Shown here piece by piece: positions 53,646 through 64,000 of a DNA stretch of 64,000 nt. This DNA is from Haplodiscus bocki. Taxonomy: Eukaryota. Position numbers and translations under genes: made by a program. The stretch's first letter is position 1, and each line of letters begins with the position of its first letter. The stretch is taken from assembly GCA_965655095.1 (NCBI GenBank), contig OZ296648.1, positions 189,906,001 through 189,970,000 on the forward strand, read 5' to 3'. The notes below the pieces were generated by a model. The model saw only the letters and a program-made list of their open reading frames with translations. It made no database searches and was not told the DNA's origin.

Positions 53646-54704
53646 TTATATTTTAATAGGTTGACAAGTAAAAGTAATCGTTTCTCCATTGAACTCAACA
53701 GGCCTGTGATCATCAACTTCTAGATAAAAGGTTGGATGAGACAGAACAGATTTATTTATCTTCTTAAACAGTTTTAGTTTCGGTTCGTTGTGTATTTTAT
53801 GACCTGGTGGTGAAGATAAGGCAAATGAATATAAAATTGGTTCTCGATTGCCGTTTACGATCGATTCGTCAATACAATTGCATTTTAAATGAACTAGTAA
53901 TATTAATCGGTCTTTCGCTTTTACACGATCCCGCAATCAATTGATGAAAACCATTTATATCGCCTAGAGGATACGAGTGTGTTTGAGTAAAACCTAATAT
54001 AGTATAGAAGAAAATTTTATTAGTGAATATTAACGTTTGATTGTTTTTTAAATTGGATTTTTATATTTTTTCATCTATAGTAACACTTATTTTCACATTA
54101 TCGGAAAAAATATATTTTAGGGTGTTGTTTATATCTTTTAGTTGATATATATTAGGGTCAAGAGATTAACCTGCTCTTTTTGTTGGAATGTGTTTTAGGT
54201 CTAATACGTCTATATTTCCGTCATATGTCAACTGGAGTCTATAGACCATATCTTCAAGGTCATTGTATTTTATATTTTGAAATTCTTCAAGTATACCATT
54301 TTTTGAGTATCAGTGTCTGATAATTTACCTTCATTGTCTCCTAATTTTATTTTTTTACCTCTTTTTCTAACTTCATTTACATGCAATTCAAGAGATCTGA
54401 GCTCTAAAAACTTATTTAGTTTGTTAATAGTTTTCTCAACATGTTTGTTTACCCAATGGCCTGGTATATTGATTGAATAACTATTGTTTTCTTCAGTTAT
54501 ATTGAAAACAGATATTGCACACACTAACAAACTAACTGCTAGCATCCATTTACCTCCGTCAAGTAGATTTATTGGAGGATTAAACGAAAAAATTTGCATT
54601 TGTTTTTTCATTTTTAATTCAAGAGTCTCTTGTGGTTTGGTTTTTGTCTGTTCAATGAACTTATCTGTATGTTTTTCATTTAAAAGTAACAATTCATTAT
54701 TCAT
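53646..54704 (-). pseudogene. Minor capsid (penton)-like protein, copy 1
   Basis: EQTKTKPQETLEL...; VHLKCNCIDESIVNGNREPILYSFALSSPPGHKI...FNGETITFT; frameshifted. Confidence 0.7.
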
Positions 54705-54740
54705 TTACAATATCAATAAAGTATAATTACAAGTAAACTA

Positions 54741-54953
54741 CTATTTTGTAATCATGCCGAATCTTCCTGCTGCAAAATGTTTAAAGAAATTTTTACTATT
54801 TGTGAAAAACTTTTCATTTTCGTGTTTATCACCTTTCGAAATAGATTGAGTTTGTTCATTTTGTTCACGAGGAAGTGATTTTTTCATCACGTTCGGTTCA
54901 TTTTTTGGAATATACCTCACACTATTATCAATAGTTACTTTTCTTAACGTCAT
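54741..54953 (-). CDS. Small hypothetical Polinton protein
   Basis: 70-aa ORF with TAAATG start, tightly packed between protease and penton. Confidence 0.45.
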   Translation of the reverse strand: MTLRKVTIDNSVRYIPKNEPNVMKKSLPREQNEQTQSISKGDKHENEKFFTNSKNFFKHFAAGRFGMITK

Positions 54954-54959
54954 TTAATT

Positions 54960-55389
54960 TAAAGAGAACATTATTGTTTTCATATCATTTGATAGTATAA
55001 ATTCAAAACAGCAGTTTTAATATCTATACCTAACACTTTTGTTAATTAAATTATATACAAACAATAACTTGCACAAAAATTATCATTTCTTTAATCTGGT
55101 TTTCAGAATATAATTGAAATCCATTTCGTTTTATAATAGATTTAGAAAGTTTCTTTGGAGGAGAACATCCATAACTATCAAAATAGTTTTCGTTTATGTA
55201 TACAACCCAATGTGTTCCTTTTGTTGGATGTAAATTTACAATTCCTACATCATTTGAAAAAGGACCAACTCTTAAATAAATTCCAACATCGTCTAATCCG
55301 ATAGAAATAAGTACTTGTTGTAGTTTTATATTTGATGTTGCTCTGTTTCTCAAATTGTGTTTTTTAATAAAATCATTCAACGTTATCAT
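54960..55389 (-). pseudogene. Adenain-like cysteine maturation protease
   Basis: VNLHPTKGTHWV (His), YFDSYG (Asp), Q..[frameshift]..FCASYCLY (Cys). Confidence 0.85.
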
Positions 55390-55819
55390 TTACTTGCTCT
55401 GATAAATCTCCTCTACGTCTTGTTGTAAATAAAAAATCTTCTAAAATTTTATCAGCATTCTGAAAACTATCAAATATTCCCTCACCATAAAGTATTTGAA
55501 TAGTTGTTTTCACAGCCCTTTGAATTAAAATATCTTCTACAGATGGTTTGTGGTATTGTAATTTAAATTCATTCTAACTTTTTTCAATATATGAAATATG
55601 TCCATCTATTTTTTTCACTTTTTCATCTAGATAAGCTTTGTTTATTACATCCTCATTATGAACAGGTTCAAAATTTGTTGATATTTTTTCATCTTTCTTA
55701 TAAGTATCATGTACCTTTAGTTTTATTTGATAAATATTAGCATCTTGTAGTTTATCTCTTTTAGAAACAATACCATCGAATTCTGATTCCAACAATTTTT
55801 CGTAAGATCTATATGCCAT
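55390..55819 (-). pseudogene. Polinton hypothetical protein
   Basis: ORF 55574..55819 plus frameshifted continuation RAVKTTIQILYGEGIFD. Confidence 0.55.
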
Positions 55820-56154
55820 TTATTATTGTTTATGCATCTGTTTGTTCATTCTAGACATATTTAAATTTGCTCTTTTCTCATCATCGATTTGTTTTAATAA
55901 TTTTAATTTAGATTCTTCTAACCATTTTTCATCGTAGTCACCGATTTTTCAAAGTTTTGTTTTCTGTGTGTAATTCTACTATATCATCACCCATTAAATT
56001 AAAAGCTTTTCTGATAGCAGGCACTATAGAAACTAATTGTTCACCTTTTTTTGGCTCGTGTTGTTAAAGATTGGTTGTAAAAATTTTCTAAATCTTGTAT
56101 AGTATCATTTCTAACTGATTTATCAGTAGAAATTATTTGCATAGCCAAATCCAT
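55820..56154 (-). pseudogene. Polinton hypothetical protein
   Basis: TAAATG start MDLAMQIISTDKSVRND; disrupted. Confidence 0.4.
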
Positions 56155-56187
56155 TTATATATCATTGTTATCTAAAATTTCATCTAA

Positions 56188-56625
56188 CTATTGATCGTTA
56201 ATTTCAACATTCTCTTGAATAAATCCACCTTTTAAATTGTTTTTTGATTTTACTTTCTTACCACTTTCGTTTGAAGTCAATTGATTTCCTTTGAGGTCAT
56301 TTGAGGTCATTTGAGTTTTTTTGATGTCAGAAACACGATCTGAATTGTTGTCAAAATTAGTAATTTTACCCATTCTCACTCGTTTATTGGCGTTATTCGG
56401 GTGAATTCTATAGGGTGAAAGCATATTTATATCGTTTCTATATCTTTGCAAAGTACTAGTTTAGTAACTTAGTTGATTTGCTATTTCAGATTGCTTCATT
56501 GTTGGATTTTCGAATTTAATACACATAAACTTAGACATTAAATCTAGTTTGTTTTGACATGCTATTAGATTAGGGTCAAGATTACCTGTTCTAGATATTT
56601 GTTGTAGAGAGAAACTGTTATTCAA
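56188..56625 (-). pseudogene. Helix-turn-helix DNA-binding protein
   Basis: KFENPTMKQSEIANQLSY*TSTLQRYRNDI, a classic HTH pattern with one stop. Confidence 0.65.
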
Positions 56626-56789
56626 TATAAATATTTAAAACGGAGAAAAAATAAAAACAAAATTATATTTATAACAATTAAAATTATGATTGTTTTAAAA
56701 AAATTATTTTGTTTCTTTGTAGTATCAACGAAATTGACGTATTCTTCAAGAAAATTTGTTTTGATATTATTTTTATTTAGTTGTTATAA

Positions 56790-57341
56790 ATGAGATACTG
56801 TTATGATAAATGCCTTAAAGATGTTAAACAGAAAAATGAAAATTCCCATTTAAAAACTAAAGCTCATAAAGAAATTGAAAAATATAAATATATAACATTA
56901 TCGTTGAAAAATGTTGACATAAAAGATGGTGATGAAATATTATATTTATACATGAAAGATCATAATAAAAAATTTAATCACTATCTCATGAAAGGTGAAT
57001 TTAAATTAGTCTTTAATAATAATCATGATTGTATATATGGAATGACAGGTATGATTGATAATAGAACATTTATTTCATGGTCAACTTACTTGAGAAAGGC
57101 AATTCATAATTTAAAAGAAGAAGGATATCAGTTCAGTCATATAGCTGAGATGGATATTACAACACTTGCTCAAAAACTTGATATGACTTATGATTTCTAT
57201 TTGAAACATAATATGCCAGCCTTTGAATGGAAACTGAACGCTATCTTTACCAAGGACAAACGTCCTTTAAATCATTTTCCTCAAAATTGGTGGCATCCTA
57301 TTAATTTCAAATTTGAATGTTATCGCAATAATATTATTTAA
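56790..57341 (+). CDS. Hypothetical protein with degenerate C2H2 finger (family A-related)
   Basis: CYDKC...HLKTKAH; intact 183-aa ORF with TAAATG start. Confidence 0.6.
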   Translation: MRYCYDKCLKDVKQKNENSHLKTKAHKEIEKYKYITLSLKNVDIKDGDEILYLYMKDHNKKFNHYLMKGEFKLVFNNNHDCIYGMTGMIDNRTFISWSTYLRKAIHNLKEEGYQFSHIAEMDITTLAQKLDMTYDFYLKHNMPAFEWKLNAIFTKDKRPLNHFPQNWWHPINFKFECYRNNII

Positions 57342-57552
57342 ATGGATTTTGTGAAAGAATGTGTGTTTTATAATCCAGACATTGAAAATATTGATGAAAT
57401 AATTTCTAGATCAAGTTCTGAATGTTCATATAGATATACTCATTCATATATAATATAAAAATGACTAAATATTTATGTTGCTTAATGGGTACAACGATAA
57501 CAGATTTAGATAACGAATTAAAATGAAAATTAGTGAAAATTGAATTACCTAA

Positions 57553-58000
57553 ATGTTTGTCACTGCTGAATTTGTTTATATCAACCCGAAATTAAATGAA
57601 ATAAATAATATTATAAAAAACACACAACTTGATTATAATCAAAAATATGGCAATGATTATTATAGAAAAGTTAATGTAAAATGTAATGTTAGGTTTCTTG
57701 ATAAAATGGAAAACAAAACGAAAAATATTATGATTGAACATATGAACGTTATTGGAAAAGTGAATAAAATAATGCAATCGTCTGAAGGGATAATTAATTT
57801 AATTAGAGCTCTGGAATTGACAATTAGAATACAAGGAAGAAATCAAAAAATATTGTGAACGCTTATTTAAAATGTGATAACGTACCTTCATTATGGAAGA
57901 AGCATTACTCAAAAATCGCACACGATAGATATTCTAAACATAATCAGCATTGTCGTGAAAGTCATTTTCATGATTTTACTAAATGTAATGTATGTTTTTG
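57553..58000 (+). pseudogene. Hypothetical protein (family A-related)
   Basis: EFVYINPKLNEINNII...ELTIRI [frameshift] YLKCDNVPSLWKK. Confidence 0.5.
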
Positions 58001-58024
58001 ATTGTGTAATTTTCTTCTCTAGAA

Positions 58025-58543
58025 ATGACTATAATATATGTGACTGAAAATAATTGTGATTTTTATTGTGTGACTTTTTAAAACTACGGATTTGTTAAAG
58101 TACAAAAAAAGGAAGATATCTCAAATATTAGAAATAACATTTTGCGTGTGAATACGATGAGAACATTTTTAAGTAAAAGCCAAGTATGTAATATGACTAT
58201 GTTTTCTGGAGCCTTGAATCAATCAGTATTTGATGGAAATACTATTTTACTTAAAATAAGTGAAGAAAATGCTAGACATAAATATGTATATATTGATGGT
58301 GATATGGTATGTTCTTTTATGACTAGTAATAATTTTTATGAATATATCTCGAAATATGGAAATAATTTATGTCACTTTAGTGTGGCTACGGGTGAAGAAA
58401 ATTACTATTTGTTGGCTCCGAATTTCAAATTTATTAAAAAGGACAAGATTGATTTTGATACTATATTGGATGGGATGTATCCATGTGAAGAAGAGTCTTT
58501 TGAAAAAGTGGAATTATGTAAAATTCATTCAAATTATGATTAA
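58025..58543 (+). pseudogene. Hypothetical protein with FDGNTILL...YVYI.G...GNN motif
   Basis: ORF 58142..58543 plus a frameshifted N-terminus. Confidence 0.55.
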
Positions 58544-59491
58544 GCGTGATTGATGACATCGATAGGTTGTAAAATTGGTTTCATATTGCGCCATTCGTAA
58601 GGATATATTAAACAATTTTCACCATTTGAAACATGGTAAACTCCCTAGTATTTCAACAATAACTTTTTTTAGAAAACTTGCTCAAAACCCTGGATATATT
58701 CAAACCTTTTCAATGATAGAAGAAATCCGTTTCATTTTGCATGTCTTAAATGGTATTTGTATAACACCCCACACTGTTGTTACAGAAAAAGTATATTTAC
58801 AGATATTAAAATACGAATAATGGTATAATTATTCTTATACTTGTACAAACAAGTATCAATTCAAATAAGAAAAAACAGATAATTATACTCAACAGATGTC
58901 ACCATTGAATAGCATTTTCCAAGAGCTTTTCAATGATATATAATATGTCATTATTATCAAGAAATTCTTTTCATTGACATATACCACGTTTAAGGTTTCA
59001 GATGGTAATAGTTTCAGTCAATGTTTCAGAAAATGATACCATCGAAGTCTACGTTTAATTACCTTTCTAATATTATATAACACTCCACTATTAATTAAAA
59101 CTTTTCATTGACGTATCATGTTTGATGGTAGAGTTTCAGGGTTTTTGGATTTTTTCAAAAATATCTTTTCAGTTTACGCTTTTGAAAAAATTTTCATTGA
59201 ATAGCATTTTTCCAGACCTTTTCAACGAAATCTTAAACTTTCAGTAGCTCAAATGTTCGTTGATTTCTTGATCTGTATATACCGTCGGAAAATGAAAAAA
59301 GTTTACGCTTAAGTGGTTTTTAATTGGTTTTAACCCTTTGATCTTTTTCAAAAATTTTTTTCTCAAAAACTACGATAGATACGAAGCTGAAACTTTCAGG
59401 GTATGCTGATTATGGTATGATCTGTCGATTGGTGTCGAACCGCCGAATTTCAACTTTCACCATGGTAAGATGGTATGTCCTATCTTTAAAA

Positions 59492-59995
59492 TTGTAAGCA
59501 TATGCTATAATGGTTAAAGTCCCCTTTAACGGTTCCTAAAACATGTAAGCATAAGCTATAATGGTTAAAGTTCGCTTAAACGGTTCCTTAAACATGTAAG
59601 CATAGGCTATAACGGTTAAAGTTCGCTTAAACGGTTCCTAAAACATGCAACCATAGGCTATAATGGTTAAAGTTCGCTTAAACGGTTCCTTAAACATGTA
59701 AGCAAAGGTTATAATGGTTAAAGTTCGCTTGAACGGTTCCTTAAACATGTAAAGATATGCTATAATGGTTATATCTCAATTAAACCGTTCCTAAAACGTG
59801 TAAAGATATGCTAGAAAGTAAAAATCTCGACTAAACGGATCCTAAAATCATTCTTAAACCATGCAAACATAGACTATAATGTAAAAATCTTGCCTAAACG
59901 GATCAAAAAACATTTAAAAGTCAGCTATAATGTAAAATTCTTGCTCAGATGGATCCTAAAAGTTTTAAGGAAAAGCCATAATATATAAACCCTCC
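59492..59995. repeat. 51-bp tandem array (~10 copies) with a divergence gradient
   Basis: Unit CATGTAAGCATAAGCTATAATGGTTAAAGTTCGCTTAAACGGTTCCTTAAA. Confidence 0.93.
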
Positions 59996-61066
59996 CAAAA
60001 ACATAGTACCCCAGATTAAATTCTATGAAACTTACATATATCACAACACACCAACGATCAAAAGTAAAATATAACACACGATGTCTTCGAATAAACTCTC
60101 TTCCTCAAAAATCTTCTGTTTCCATGATCTCGAGTCATTTTCGTTGTATGGGTTTCGTGGATAATTGATAATCATCGTGTGTGATATTCTTGTCGTATCT
60201 TCGAATATGGTTGATTCTGGCTACTGTGATAGTCCAATGTGAATTTTATTGTGTATGTCTGATGTGAAATTGAAAAATGTGATAAAATGGATGGTGACTT
60301 TCTACCTAGCAACCTAATATTTTCCCACTCATTTGAAATGTGCATGGATGAATAATTTAATATCCACCTGCTTTTTTCATATGAATGAAAAATGTAGAAA
60401 ACCAATTCAATAACCAGCTGCTCGTTGAGATGGTTGTTTTATAATTCTTATGGTGTGTTGATGGTGGATGTTTGTTGGCGTTGAACAGTATCTGGTGTAC
60501 TATCCAGAAGTATGTTTATTATTGATGTGCACGTGATATTTGTGTTGTATGGCAGCTGTCCTCATTTGCAAAAAATTTTGAACTGAATATTTTTCCTGTG
60601 TTCCCCCATTGATATAATATAAAATAATATGATTTGATGGGTATTTGGCCGTAGATTTGTCCCCGTATTGAATTTAGGCATATACTCCTGAGGCAGGTTG
60701 ATGACGTCGGTGCAGTCTAAACATGAAGTTATAACTAAGTTGGCTTCATCTTATAATGAAATTATAATCGAGTTATAATGAAGCTTAGTCATGTTGTTTA
60801 TAATTTGTTCTGTCACAGAGTTGTGCATGCAACAAACGGTCCCGCGCAACTGGGAATGGATTCGAGTTTGTTCGAATCTTTGCTTACACAAACAAACGAC
60901 TTAAGTTGAACTTGAACTTCGGTTGAACACTTCCTTTGTAGATTCACTTCATGGAATTCATGAGCCACACATGCAGAGATAAAAAGCTGAAGACAACTTA
61001 AAATCAGATTTGGGATTCATCCTATAGTGTTGTGATTGGAATAAAGATTGAAAAGTATTCTTTCGA

Positions 61067-61139
61067 GTAAACGTAGCTAAGTTGATAGCGCACTGGTATT
61101 TCAATCCAGAGATAACGTATTCGAATCCCCGCTGGGAAT
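61067..61139 (+). ncRNA. Degenerate tRNA-like / Pol III type-2 element
   Basis: A-box-like TAGCTAAGTTGA, anticodon-arm-like CTGG-TATTTCAAT-CCAG and B-box-like TTCGAATCC at tRNA spacing; acceptor stem poor. Confidence 0.45.
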
Positions 61140-61234
61140 GAGCGAGCGTCTATGTTGTCGAATACATTAGTAAGGAGTCTTCAGGTAAGTTAATGGTGTA
61201 TCCGCAATATAGAATATAATGAACAGTTTCTTGT

Positions 61235-61428
61235 TTTTTCTTGTGTACTCACATTGATACTTCACTGAAAAAATATTTTTATAAAATCAATTTTTCATAC
61301 CTGTGCACCCCCATTGATGTAGTACACTTTTTATTAAATGTTAAAGGTGATGAAGGGGGAGTGTAAATTAGGTACCCCCTCCGTTGCGTCCGCGGCTTTT
61401 GGCGTCATATTCTGTTTTGTACTCTAGT
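61235..61428 (-). repeat. Polinton right TIR
   Basis: Inverted match to 42317-42510. Confidence 0.93.
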
Positions 61429-62429
61429 ATTATCGGACAAGGAACTTTTGAGGCACACATTGCATTAACAAATCTACATCCAACGAAAAAAAACCGATCG
61501 GCCTGCTTGTCAAAGTGAAAAAAGTGAGATTCATAACAATTTACCCAACTCGCTTCCTGCAACAATAGTTTTTGGAGAAAAAGAATATATAACAAGACGG
61601 CCGGCTACGAGCGGCATTTTTTGCGCCCTCCCCTTTTTGTACAGAAGGCTTTTGAAAAGATGAAAACGGTGTTTTTAAAAAAATCTCTTTCGTAATTTTT
61701 TTTCTAATTTTTCCCACGCTCAAAATTTGATACGCATTCTACAGCAAATTTGCCACCTTAAGGCATTTCTAAAAAGAATTAGGTTTTTTTTCCAAAAACC
61801 CATCTATTTTTTCAAAAAGACCCAATTTTCAAACGTTTTGAGATTCTTACCATTTCAGTCGAATTCTAAGGCAAATTTGGTACAATTTGGTTAAAAACTA
61901 ATTTCAAGTTGAGCGTGAACAAACTTGCTGATAAGGCGTGAACGCAATTGGCAAACATCGGGTTAAAAAAATTTCACAAATAGCGCATTTGAGAGGAATA
62001 TTTTGCTTCCATATTTCGAATGAGGTGCAAAATATTAACAAAACACAGGCACAGATAAAGAGTGTGGGCGAAACCTTTTGTTTTTGTTGTAACAAACGTT
62101 TCAAAAACATTGGGATTACCTTGTGAAAGAGAAGACCTAAAGATAATTTCTGAAAAACTCTATACTCAGTAGCTTGAAAGGTTCTAGTTTCCTTAAAGGA
62201 AAAAGTTGGTGGAAAAAAAAACACTTGCCACATAAGGTAACTAAATTCCGTCCGCTAAATTTTTTTAAGGCACCAGAACAATAACAGTAAAATGTAAAAT
62301 TCCAGGTGAATGTTTGGCAAATGAAAAATCGGAAGCAGTTAGTAATAAAAATTGAAATGGACGATTGAATTGACAACTGAATGTTTCAAATTTTTAGGAG
62401 ACCGAAGATTCTTAATTTCTATTTGCTAA

Positions 62430-63450
62430 AAGTTTTAATTTTCCTTTGAGCAAACTAGGACTAGACCACAAGAAATTCTGGAGTTTACTATCAATCACCA
62501 GAGCAATGTTTTTGACTGATAAACAATCAGTACATTCAGGAACTGCTTCAGCTCTCACAGGTGAGAGTAAACGAATGTTAGAATGTTAGGGGTGAGTGGT
62601 GCAAAATTTTAAAGTGTTTCAAACTTAACTAATTGAGACAACAACTTTTCAATTTGAGCACAGCGTTTTTTAGAAGATCTCTTGACAATCAAAACTTTAA
62701 TTGCTAATTTAGCGGCTAGGAATTTGCATGGAATCAACTTAAAGGTTGAGGAAGTTGAGTGAAGGAAGTGGAGTGACCTTAAGGATGATGTTTGTTGTTT
62801 AATAAACGTTGCTCAACTGTCACGGTTTAGGAAGATATAGAAATCCTAGAGCAAAAGGAAATTGGAGATATGATTTTTAGAAAGAAATTAACACTGATTG
62901 ACTAGGGTTGTAACTAAGCTGATTAACATTCTGATTTCAATGATCACCTTTTTGAGTTACCACCCAATTTTTGTGAAGTATTAGGCATTTTTGATGCTTT
63001 AACTTACATCACACCATCAAATATCACAATGGAGAACGTAGCTGATGTTAAAAGAAATAAAATAATTCTGCGTAAACAGTGAACTAAAATTGAGCTGTTA
63101 TATTTCGTTGAAAACTTTTTTCTTCACATATACTTAGGATTTAATTGTATTCCAGATGGAGTAGGAACGTATACGATAGAGAAACCCACCATCACTACAC
63201 TAAAAAAAAGAGTACATTCAGAAAGGTAATGTATTGGTTGTTCAAATGTGAGCGGATTACGGCAACTTCTTCTACACACTTTCTCATTAATTAAACCTCC
63301 AGAACATGAAATAAATGGTTAAGAAACGATTAACCTTGTTTTGAATAGTATTTAAGTCATAGACTGATAAATCAAACGGAAACTGCAAGCATGTTTGTTT
63401 TCAAGGGTGAAACTATGGCGCTTAGTTTACAAATAATCAAAGTTCAGGAT
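62430..63450 (+). pseudogene. Heavily decayed penton-like relic outside the right TIR
   Basis: EQTRTRPQEILEF at ~62448, RVHSER*CIGCSNVSGLRQLLLHTFSLIKPPEHEI at ~63210 and FKGETMALSLQIIKV at ~63400 align with 53646-54704. Confidence 0.65.
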
Positions 63451-63529
63451 TTCCATCGCTGACGCTTAGATTTTGTTAGACTAGACGACTATAGATAAAG
63501 TTCTTCCAAAAAATAAAGTAGATAAACAT

Positions 63530-63900
63530 TTGAACATAATTGAAAAAGACTAAGAATCTTTTTGAAAAAACTGGGACTAGACTACAGGAACAACTAGAAC
63601 CCAAACTAGTCCATGCAATGCAGACTTTTACGAATTTTGCTCTTCTAGATTTCACATGGGGGAGTAAAGAGAGGTTAAAGTTGACTAATTTTGAAATCAT
63701 AAATTCTGTTTTTGTTTTAACAAAATTTTTTGAAACTTAAAATTTTTAAGATAACCTCCTTTAAATCACCGAAAGAAATTTTTACCTGAGATAGAGGGAG
63801 ATAGTTACTTTTTGTGGAGATATAAAAGAATGTTACAGATCTTTTTTATGATATACTAAAATGTGTCAAGATTTTGTGAAGTAAAAAAACTTGGAAAAGT
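63530..63900 (+). pseudogene. Second decayed penton-like relic (N-terminus)
   Basis: KKTKNLFEKTGTRLQEQLEPKLVHAMQTF...TNFEIINSVFVLT aligns with KHTDKFIEQTKTKPQETLELKMKKQMQIF...SVFNIT. Confidence 0.55.
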
Positions 63901-64000
63901 TCGAAATTATCAAATAAGGAAGTGATATTTTTAAAGCTAGACTGAACACCAAAAGCGTACGTTCAATGAAGTCTGCTGAATGAACAGAATAAATCCGTTT

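Larger units (their letters stand above)
42317..61428. mobile_element. Polinton/Maverick (adintovirus-like) endogenous element, full length but decayed
   Basis: TIRs start AGTAGTGTACAAAACAGAATATGACGCC and end GGCGTCATATTCTGTTTTGTACTCTAGT. 6-bp TSD ATTCTC/ATTATC with one mismatch. Contains pPolB, integrase, ATPase, protease and capsid genes. Confidence 0.95.

Noticed and set aside
59492-59800. 51-bp repeat as a 17-aa coding repeat (FKEPFKRTLTIIAYAYM on the minus strand)
   Set aside because: Alternate units carry TAG in that frame; no long ORF.
61435-62260. Possible MITE right of the Polinton
   Set aside because: No TIR pair or TSD could be defined.

Overview
AT-rich eukaryotic, animal-like repeat-dense DNA with a 200-N gap and no intact host gene. 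Two ~19-kb mobile elements dominate. (1) 18384-37344: a CMC-EnSpm/CACTA DNA transposon with CCCGGG termini and a 2-bp AA TSD. Besides a disrupted Tnp2-type transposase it carries unusual minus-strand cargo: a SUV4-20/Set9-like SET-domain ORF directly upstream of the transposase (joinable to it in frame by one GT-AG intron, a possible SETMAR-like fusion), a spliced coiled-coil/BEN-like gene, a spliced SGNH/OSK-like gene, an intronless captured 5' fragment of host TTLL9, and a ~200-bp satellite. (2) 42317-61428: a full-length but decayed Polinton/Maverick (adintovirus-like) element with AGTAGT-type TIRs and a 6-bp TSD. It holds pPolB, rve integrase, major capsid, A32-type ATPase, two pentons, an adenain-like protease and hypothetical genes. 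Most of its genes start at TAAATG, it has an extra inverted terminus inside its left end and a tRNA-like element beside its right TIR, and it appears to sit inside an older relic Polinton. The first 18 kb hold a ~1.15-kb triplication, a CCC-ended MITE and decayed repeats. Family assignments come from recognising motifs by eye, not from database searches.
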